Below are positions 50,937 through 60,000 of a stretch of DNA of 60,000 nucleotides, piece after piece (position 1 is the first letter of the stretch; every line of letters starts with the position of its first letter). The position numbers were made by a program, and so were the translations under genes. Source of the stretch: Callorhinchus milii (lineage: Eukaryota); NCBI RefSeq assembly GCF_018977255.1, contig NW_024704742.1:36396001-36456000 (forward strand), read 5' to 3'. The notes beneath the pieces are model-generated. The model made no database searches, was not told where the DNA came from, and saw only the letters and a list, made by a program, of their open reading frames with translations.

Positions 50937-51913
50937 CTAAGGGGGGGAAGAACATAATCAACATGTGAAAAATAAACCTTTTACTATGTGAACTTTATGT
51001 TAAAGCCACCTTAAAGTTTAATGCATGCTAATAAAACAGATAATTCAAGGCCTATCCACAGCAGTAGCATAAAACATCTATCTTACGGCCTAGTGAGTAA
51101 ATAGACACTTTATTTTTTTTATTTTATTTCCCCGTTTCTAAATGGAAATGCTAAAGCAGTTTCCGGCTTTTTTTTTATTATCAGTTATAATGTTAACTGT
51201 GCGGCTTACCAACATGAAACATTCTTCCTCCTTTCCTAGCTTTCTTTTCAACTCTTTTTATTTGATTTTTTGGTCAGCCAGGTGTCTGACACACGTGAAA
51301 CCTAAAGCAATGATCACTCTATCTATTCGGATAGGGGCCTCCAACCGGTCGATCGCCGCTAGGTGACGTCTCGCGCACGCTCAGTAAAAACAAAAAGGAG
51401 CAGTATTTACTGCAGTTTAAACATGAAATTTGATGTTTTTATTTTGATATGCATGAAATACGTCACACAACTGGCTTCGTTTTCAATTGGACTCAATAAC
51501 AAAGCAATTCTATTGCTCCTTCCTCTTGGCTTCCTAGCAGTGATCAACCAGTGGGAGACCCCCTGCTTTAGGGCTTTGGCTTTCTGGGTCACAAGATCAG
51601 TTTGGACGAAAGTGGCCCTTTTTGCTTTGAAATACTGTGGCCCCACCTGGCTCAGGTACTGCACTACTGAGACCATTACAAAGGCCTTTTGCCCATCTGA
51701 CCTCATCTTTCCAAATACCAGCCCTTAATTGCCTACACATTGTAACATCAAACTAGTTCTTGAACATTCTGATATCAACATTTTTCTTCAAATCAGGTTA
51801 CACGCAGCTTTGAAGATTTTTCTGAGAAACGTTTGATTTTACCGAAAGCTGCAATTTTGCATAATTTCCTAAGGGTCCGTAAAATTTATTCTGGAGTTAA
51901 TGGCAACACTTAC

Positions 51914-52048
51914 AAGATTGAGCATGCTCCTGAGCATACCCAGCAATAAGAAAGCAGCTTCTGAGCACACTGTATGAACAGATGCAACCACTGTTCCACT
52001 GGAAGCTGGTACTCCAAAGATGAATGTCCAGATTGAATCCAGATCAAA
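51914..52048 (-). CDS. WDFY3: WDFY3 exon (135 nt) FDLDSIWTFIFGVPASSGTVVASVHTVCSEAAFLLLGMLRSMLNL
   Basis: Acceptor ATGTAG, donor GTAAGT; phase 0-0. Confidence 0.93.
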
Positions 52049-53954
52049 CTACATTGAGAAAAGAGAACATAAACAACACATTTGATTGACATCTGTTAAA
52101 TAATCCTCCGAGTAGGTATTCTATTTTATCAGCAAAAAGGTGCAGCATCAACAGAGAATAGGAATGTTAAATATCCCATTTGGAAAAGACCAACTTGGGA
52201 GAGGTAGCTCTATATTGGAAGAAAATGTTAGCAGCGTCCAACATTATGACACTCTATTATAATAAGTGTTATAACACAATTATTTTAGTGTTATAATTAT
52301 TTTAGTGGTTGGGATACAAATTTAAATGAATTCTAGGACAAAATTCATTCAAGGTCATTATTTTACCCTGCAATGAAATCTGGGAGCAGTGCTCTTGCTA
52401 ATGGCACATGGAAATTACCTTCAATGCACCTTCATTTTAATAAAAAATTAAAAGCAGTTTATTCACAATCATTCAATTTCTGCTTTGTTCCAAGCCCCAC
52501 TTTTATTGCCAGCACTTTGGAAATGATCTGCTCAAGGGAACAAAGCAAGAATACTGCTGCACACCTTGCATTCCTTCACTGGACAGTACCATCTGCAGCA
52601 CAATAATGTTAGTAAAAGGCAGTCTAATCCCAACGCCAGCAAAGAACAATTTTCACGCTTTTATCTGTGCTGCATCCCCTTGGCTTACAGCATCAAAAGT
52701 TGACAAGTTTCCACAGGAACTTCTTTCAAAAAATAAAGGTTTTATTGCAAGTTGTATCACAGAATGTCAAAAAATGGACTGTTTATGTACACAACTTGAA
52801 ACAAACCAAGAAGAGACAAACGTGTGGACCAGTGCATTTAATGGAGTTTATTACAATTGATGTGCATCATGATCACATTTTGGTTTCTGCTCCTTCTATC
52901 ATCTTGTCTGTCAACCTTCACAGGTTAATGTTCTAATTACATTAAAAGGACCTGTCATCTACAGAACATGCTTGGCTGAACCTTTCACCCTGATATTCAT
53001 AAATGTATTGCAGAACACAGGACCATGATCATGACTGTATTATACAAAACATTTCTGTCATTTTGCTTCACAAGACACCCTTCACCATAATCTGTGTGGT
53101 AGATAAACAATCTTTAAAATACATTTGATCTGAACTAAACTGTCAAATGATCAGTTTGGATATAGAAAGTATTTGGAAATGCAGCTCATCAAAAAATAGC
53201 TGGAGAGAGACATCATGAATCATTTTGTGCTGTCTTCCTTTTCCACCTAGAGAAATTATGCAACAAGCTAAACAAACATGGTAGATAAAATAAAAATAAT
53301 GTGTAAAGTGCTTTGAGACATCCTCCCATCATGAAGTGTTATATAAATGCAAATTATATAATGTGTGTACAGCAATTAACATGTAAGATACCAATTTTGT
53401 AATTAGATGCCTGAACAAGAGTATTAAAGGGAATGGGGAGCAAGTGGGATTAGATCAACGTCTCCTGTGGAGAAAAACATCAGTGCAGATTTGAGGAGCC
53501 CAAATGGTTTGGGTCTATGCTATAACCTTTTTATAGTCAGACGTAAAACACCAAAGTGTTTTGTTGTTCACAAATCATAAGCAGCCAGGAGACCTTTATT
53601 AGCTGGTGCTGAGCAGAATCGGCAAGATGGAGATGGGGATTTTTCCAAGTGATTCAATGGATTTGTCAATAATGAGATGTTCATGGACACTCTGAAGTCT
53701 GTAAAATGCCCATATGGTATATCTACCCAAACACTCAATACTTATTGGGTAATTATTTGATAATAATTCTCGCACATGGAGATTCACAAAGGGAGCATTT
53801 TTTAACTTAATTGCACAACAAGGTATATATCCAGTTAAGCCTCCAGCTTTATTTGTGTTTTGAGGGGTGGGGGTTAAATGCAAATAGCTAAACCATCGAA
53901 TAAAGCCAGTGAAGTATATAACATTGACAGTAACTTTCGAATGGGGGACAATTA

Positions 53955-54275
53955 GTGGAGTCCTGTAGCTCAGTGGTTAGAGCATTCACTTTGCAAGCGA
54001 GAAACCTGAGTTCAATTCCAGGCAGGGCGAAACCTTGGGCAAGTTTCCTTACTCCACACAGAGCCTAATAATAATCCCTCCAAAACCAAAAACAATAATA
54101 AATTGGTCATTTTCAATCTACGACTGTTTGTGGGACATTGCTGTGCGCAATTGGCTGCCGCGTTCGCCCACAAATATACAGTCAATTCACTTTACAGTGT
54201 GTTCTGTGAAGCGCTTTGGGATGTCCTCCCGATGTGAAAAGCGCTATAACAAATGCAAGGATTATTATTATTATT
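53955..54275 (+). mobile_element. Young tRNA-derived SINE, full length
   Basis: Same head, body and (TTA)n tail as the 35031 copy. Confidence 0.9.
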
Positions 54276-54546
54276 AATATGCGTTTCCCATTCCTCCCAG
54301 CTGCTTTGTAACAATAACATCATCCTTAGCCTAATTCCTTTTTAAAAAACAAATCATGTTCACAGATAATTACAGATCCTTCCCATTCCATTCTTTTCAT
54401 CGGGCAGATTGGAATGGGAGTACGTTTTATGGAGAACCTGTTGTATAGTTGGAACAATTTCACGGTATCTGCAGCTTACGACTGTGTCCTGAATTTACTA
54501 AAATGAACACTCAAGACAATCTCGGTTTTATATAGATATTGTTTAC

Positions 54547-54737
54547 CTGTAAGTTTTCTGGCAGTTCAGTAACTGGCTGCTGGAGGAAAAGGGCCATTAG
54601 GAGGAAATAGAGCTCAGGCACACTGGTATGCTTCGGTAGGAATGACTGAAGCACCGGAAAGCCAGGAACGTGGCAAGCATCGCGGTTTATTTCACGCACT
54701 GTTGATCTACCAGCAGCAATTCTGCCAACGTTGAAAC
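54547..54737 (-). CDS. WDFY3: WDFY3 exon (191 nt) GFNVGRIAAGRSTVREINRDACH...VTELPENLQ
   Basis: Within ORF 54511..54798; acceptor TTTTCAG, donor GTAAAC. Confidence 0.95.
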
Positions 54738-54764
54738 CTGAAAAGTAAGTTAAACAAAATTCAG

Positions 54765-54879
54765 ATAATAATGATAATCCTTGCATTTGATATAGCACCT
54801 TAACACGTCTTCAAGACGTCACAAAGCGTTTCATAGAATATACTGTAAAGTGAAATGATTGTATATTTTGTGGGCAAAT
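54765..54879 (-). mobile_element. SINE 3' tail fragment just upstream of a WDFY3 acceptor
   Basis: ATAATCCTTGCATTTGATATAGC...TACTGTAAAGTGAA matches the SINE tail. Confidence 0.7.
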
Positions 54880-55221
54880 GATAAAGGAGTGCACTATATT
54901 TTTAAAACACTGGTGAAACTTAGGTCTTTATTTCTCTTCCCATATCACTGAAGTTTCCCATTATATGCACATTTCCAATTGGATAAGACAGAATACTTCT
55001 TCCTAGAACTCCAATCTAAACTTAAAAGTACATCTCCTTGAGCATGTGTTACTTAATCTCACCATATTCGTCAATCCCTTCTTTTTGCGAAAAAATCATC
55101 TAGTTGCTGTTATAATTTTTTTTTTTTAACCATCTACTTTAATGGCATTCATCGGTAACTTGTTTCAAATTTATGTCCCTGACTTTCGAAAACATTCACC
55201 ATATTGAGTAAGGTATCAATC

Positions 55222-55395
55222 AGCCTGGCTCAGTTGGTAGCACACTTATCTCCGAGTCAGAACAGTATTAGGCTGTGGGTTCGAGTCATAGTAAACTAAC
55301 ACATCAATGCAGTGTTACATTGTCAGAAGTGAGATGTTGTGATAATGTGATGGATTTCTATATCAAATGCATGGATTACTTTGTATTATTATTGA
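55222..55395 (+). mobile_element. Old tRNA-head SINE remnant of a different family
   Basis: TGGCTCAGTTGGTAGCAC (box A), GGGTTCGAGTC (box B), degenerate tail. Confidence 0.45.
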
Positions 55396-57906
55396 ACAAT
55401 TGCCCTAACCAACCAAATTCCTTCACAACCTTGAAAACTACACCAGATAACTTTTAGTATATTTTGTTCTAAAGGAAATCACCTTAACGTTCTTAATCTT
55501 TCCTCAGAAAATAGCATTCCCAAAACCTGACACTATCTTTGGGCACTCAACTGTTGTTCTTTATTAAGAATATTCTTCCTAAAATTTGGTATACAATATT
55601 CCAGCTAATCTATAACCAAAACTTCTTACATCAAACAAAAATCTCTTTTGATTTGCACTCTCTCTCGGATAATGTAACCCAGTATCTTATTTGTCTTTCT
55701 TAATGATGTAAAGATTCATCTGCATATTTCAATGCATCACCACTCACTCACCCCTGAAGCTCTGTGCTGATTTGTTTGTTGCATTGAATAGATTATTATT
55801 ATATTATTATCAATTATTTTACACTTAGCTACATTAAACCACATCTGCTACCTATCAGCCTCTCTATCCTCTGAGAGATCCTTCCAAGAGATGTTTGACT
55901 AGAAAGCATTTCAACTGCGCTGAATAAACTCTGAAGGATGACTATATTATAAATTCACCTTCAATGAAGACAAATCCTTGCTTCCACATGGACCTGACCA
56001 TTGTTTCTTCCTCCATTAAGCACCCGGTTTGTGATGAATTGAAGACTTACATTGAGACTGCATTCAACCAATTGTTATTTGTAAGCAGATAATGATTTCT
56101 TCTGGCCAATGTTTCTTCTACAAACTAACCCTTACGATCCTCCTCTACTCAATAGGTTCAACTCAATTTTCCTACACTTCAGTACAGTACTACAGCACAG
56201 CTCACTCTGATAGCTCATAAATGGCTAGTACTCACGTGTGATCTTTGATAGTGAGCATGACAGATTATACGATCACTTCCGATATCTATCCTGTCCCAAC
56301 TTGACATTCATACAAGTGCGCTTCTCAACAAGGGTTGAGGCACAGGAACCCTTGCTAATGTTCCCATCTTTAACAGGAAGGAAACTAGGGAATAATTATT
56401 GCACCCAAAATGCAGCCCCAGGTGAAATCCTCTGCATCATGCAGTTTGCATTTTCCCACTAGTCCTTGACAAAGCCTTCCTACTGATGTTTAACATATGT
56501 ATGTATAAAATAACTAACTGTCTGGCATTTCCGTCCCCCTTCTGAAATTTGTGTTGTTTGCACATGTGTTTCTCACATGTACAATATGCAGGGATATTAG
56601 AACATCTCATGCTAATCTGAATTTGAATAATTAGCATTAGGAATGAATGGACAAACAGTACACAAAGCATGGACTGTAAAAGCTCTGTTGACATTCAGCA
56701 CTTCTTTAGCAAATGCATATCAATTTATAATTAGACAGTAGCTGAATCCAACAAGGAAAGTTTCTAATCATTCACACAACATACGGAAATCAACTGACAT
56801 GCCAAATAAAACATGAAATACAGGATGAAATGATTTTTAAAATCTGAAAATCTTAAACCTTGTGCAGAGCACTATAAATATTCATTCTAATTTTGTTTGC
56901 CTATTCTATGTGAACTCAAGCCATGAACATTTGCAGGTCCATAATTATTTCAAAATGTAAACTGCTTCCACTGCCTACTTTCTGAACGAGTTAACGTAAA
57001 GTTGGTGTTGTTTTAATCTCTTTATTATCTACCCAAGCCTGTATATCTATTGCAGTCCACTGTGGCTTTAGCTAATTTGCAGTTTCCTGTGCTTCTGTTC
57101 CTTACCTGCCTGGCTCTGCAATGCTGATAGCGCTAGGATTCAGTGCCAATCCGTCATTTTCATTCACCAGCAAAAAAGGAATTTGATTGGGAGATAGATT
57201 TTCTAACTTCAATACAATATGTAGACTTAAAAGTGGAATTATTAACAGACTGTTGCTCCTATAGATTTATTGTTTCTTAGACAGTGTCTCCGCTCCACTT
57301 ATAAACTGTCCACTGTGGCACTAATGAAATCAGAAGCTGATAATGGGGAAACTCATGTCAGACTTTATTGTACAGTGTTGCCCAACATTCCTGAGAGGGG
57401 ATGTCAAGCAAGACATTGGGTGAAACTGGGGTCATTGACAAGGAGTTAGTGATTTATACGGGTCTCGTTTTTTAAATTTAAATGTTCTCTTAATTTTTAA
57501 TGAATTGTAAAGCTTTGTAATCTATTATTCCTATTGCTAATATGAATTTACTGCTACCTTCTCTAACTTCTCTAATGTTTACAACAGTCAGCTCCTTAAA
57601 CAACTTGCAATACACAAAGCAAAAAGTATTGGTTCACAATCCCAAGGAGTTCAGTTTCCATTGTAATCTGTATTTGATGTAGTTCACAATCTCAAATACT
57701 GCCACCAAACCGGGTACTGAGTATCTGAGAGCCCTGGTTCTAGAGATATTACATCAGATTCAAAATATTTATTAAATTCTACGAATCAATAAAACTACAC
57801 ATTAATAAACTCACAATTCCAAAAATGTTACCATTCTGTTTGCAGAGAGGTGAGGAAGTAATCCAAATATCAGAAGCACATTGTAACACAGCGCGTTTAC
57901 ACATAC

Positions 57907-58124
57907 CTAATACAGTGCCAATTTTATTTGTGAGAACCGAGTCGGTCTGGTCCAGCCAGCCACCTCCCGATAGCCCTTCTTTAAACTTGGCCAGGATGGA
58001 CTGGTTGCTGAGCAGAACAACCAGAATTCTCATTGCCGCAGTGATGGTGGTGGGATGCAAGTGCTCTTCCATGAACATCAGAAGCCAGTCGAAACCCTGA
58101 ATCTTCACCAATTCTTCACATGAC
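57907..58124 (-). CDS. WDFY3: WDFY3 exon (218 nt) SCEELVKIQGFDWLLMFMEEHLHPTT...VLTNKIGTVL
   Basis: Overlaps ORF 57779..58111; acceptor ATGCAG, donor GTATGT. Confidence 0.95.
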
Positions 58125-59173
58125 CTGCATGTGTTTTTTTTAATGTTGAATGGGAGTGGACGAAAGAAATGGCAAAATATTTCATGTAAGAGGCTAAAAT
58201 CTCAAAATGGATTTTTTTAAAAAACAGTATGCAAGATGGGCAAATACAGAAAATCTCAATGTTTAAGAAAAACAAAATAATAGTCTGGTTCTATGTATAT
58301 TATTCAACATTTAAGAAAAGCAAATGTTTCCTGATCTTTGTATTAATTGTTAGTTGTTCCCTACATAGCCTCATGGTCCATGGATCCTTAACTCTGGCAA
58401 AACAGATTGGCAAACGTTGGTCATACTAGTATCACAACCAGAATGATTCACAGCCAGCCAGTCGTGAGTAGTGATGTGCCTCTTTAAAGCTAACCTTTGT
58501 CACATCAATGTGCTATTTTGCATCTCTGGGCTTCAGCCACCAACCCAGCTCAGGTCAGCCATAGACTGTCTAGGGATGTTGAGTGTGAACGCCAGCTAAG
58601 GCTGCCATTTCAACTCAAATCTCCTAGCCTGTGGCACGTGAACTTACTATAACACTTCTCTTTAAAACGAACAAGAGCAAATTTGAGTAAGAGCAAAAGA
58701 ATAAATTTGCATTTACTTTTGTGCCAAAGAATATTAAGATCAAAAGGATATTAATTAGTGTTTAAAGGAGAAATGGAAGAGTCTAAAGGGAACATTTTCT
58801 GTTCAAATGACTCCTGAAGGCTAGATGCTGTGCACTGAGCAAAACAACTAACATTTTTATTTAATTATAGAAAATAATCCATGGCTCTCTTGCACTTAGC
58901 CACTGTGATGATTTTAAGCATTGGGAAAGAGCCAACTCCTTGCTTATAAACTCAGGGAGATTGGTACTTAGGAGTGGCTTGAGAACCCATCAGATTATCC
59001 TCAGGCTCAGTACACCAACCGCCACCAGGTGGCAGTGTGCGATTTCTTCTGTTAAACTTGGTCTCAAATTGCACATTTGCGTTCAATCATCATTTCAAAG
59101 CTGTTGTTCAAATAAAAAGTCTGAATCACCTCTTCAGTCTACACACCCGACATGCATCTCTAGCAGTACTTAC

Positions 59174-59294
59174 TGATGAACAACGCTGGGTTTGTCTTTT
59201 GAAACAAAAAGCAGTTTCAGCAAGAGGTCCAGAAGTCGGTTTCTTAGTAGAATTGTATTAGCTGACACAAGGCCACCAAAGTCATCCTCTACTC
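59174..59294 (-). CDS. WDFY3: WDFY3 exon (121 nt) GVEDDFGGLVSANTILLRNRLLDLLLKLLFVSKDKPSVVH
   Basis: Acceptor CTCCAG, donor GTAAGT; phases fit both neighbours. Confidence 0.9.
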
Positions 59295-59896
59295 CTGGAG
59301 TACAGCAAGCACCACATTGTCAAAACTCAGCTCTGACGCTTATTATTAATAAAGATGTTCGCACATTTGTAAAGCTTTAAAATATTCATGGACAGCTAAT
59401 CTCGAACTTTGATAGATTCAGATCATTTTTATAATTCAGAAATAAATCTCAGTGTAAGCGAATCTTATTCTCAGTGCTGCAATTCAGGCTACCATTTAAT
59501 ACAAAATTACGTTTGTATAGCGCCTTTCACGTCGGGAGGATGTTCCACAGCACTGTTAGTTTGGAAGAGAGCAATGGCTTCCAAGCAACTTATTAGAGGG
59601 AAAGGGATCACAATGTGAAAGGTGCAGCAGAAGTCTAAATTGTATGTGTGTGTGTATTTGTGGGCCAGTGTGTACGTGTGGGCCAGTGTGTACGTGTGTG
59701 CATGTGTGAGGGAGAGAAAGAGAAAGAGGAGAGAAATGGATGAAGCAGAATGCTAGAAGTCATAGGTTATTCAGTGCTGTCATGCAGTAAATTATATTTT
59801 CATAGTGTGGCAGGTTTTGAAGCCAAGTCACAAGTTACTAGAAAGTATGGTGCGTGACATCTGAACGTGCTTGTACCCATGAATTAAAATGCTCAC

Positions 59897-59988
59897 CTTC
59901 TTCCTTTTCCTCATTATTAGCCTCCATGATTATGAACTTCTCACAAACTGCGAAGGTTGGTAATGTCGAGGAAAGAAACTGGCCAAAC
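59897..59988 (-). CDS. WDFY3: WDFY3 exon (92 nt) FGQFLSSTLPTFAVCEKFIIMEANNEEKEE
   Basis: Acceptor TTATCCAG, donor GTGAGC; not in the ORF track. Confidence 0.9.
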
Positions 59989-60000
59989 CTGGATAAGCAC

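Noticed and set aside
54511..54546. Extension of the ...ENLQ exon through an alternative downstream donor
   Set aside because: Read-through reaches a stop after VNNIYIKPRLS with no convincing in-frame donor.

Overview
Eukaryotic, AT-rich genomic DNA from a vertebrate, most likely a cartilaginous fish (inferred from the repeat landscape: tRNA-head SINEs with L2-type tails, L2/CR1/Tx1 LINE fragments and a hammerhead-bearing palindromic repeat). The whole window lies inside one minus-strand gene, WDFY3 (ALFY). I traced 29 GT-AG coding exons from 59988 down to 916. Their phases all join into one frame (4120 nt, about 1373 codons) covering the central region, the BEACH-type PH domain and almost all of the BEACH domain; the gene runs off both window edges. 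Most notable observations: (1) an intact 192-codon SEMA4G transmembrane and cytoplasmic-tail fragment inside the 15-kb intron, on the WDFY3 strand, fused to a SINE, bounded by a near-perfect 8-bp direct repeat and carrying an in-frame candidate splice acceptor; (2) a 255-bp palindromic insert with a 12-bp target-site duplication and back-to-back minimal hammerhead-ribozyme cores; (3) a 66-nt cassette-like WDFY3 exon with downstream Rbfox/QKI motifs that the ORF track misses; (4) inverted young SINEs bracketing an 810-nt phase-0 exon block; (5) an 80-bp-arm hairpin and several nested insertions. Repeat boundaries are approximate and no database search was possible.
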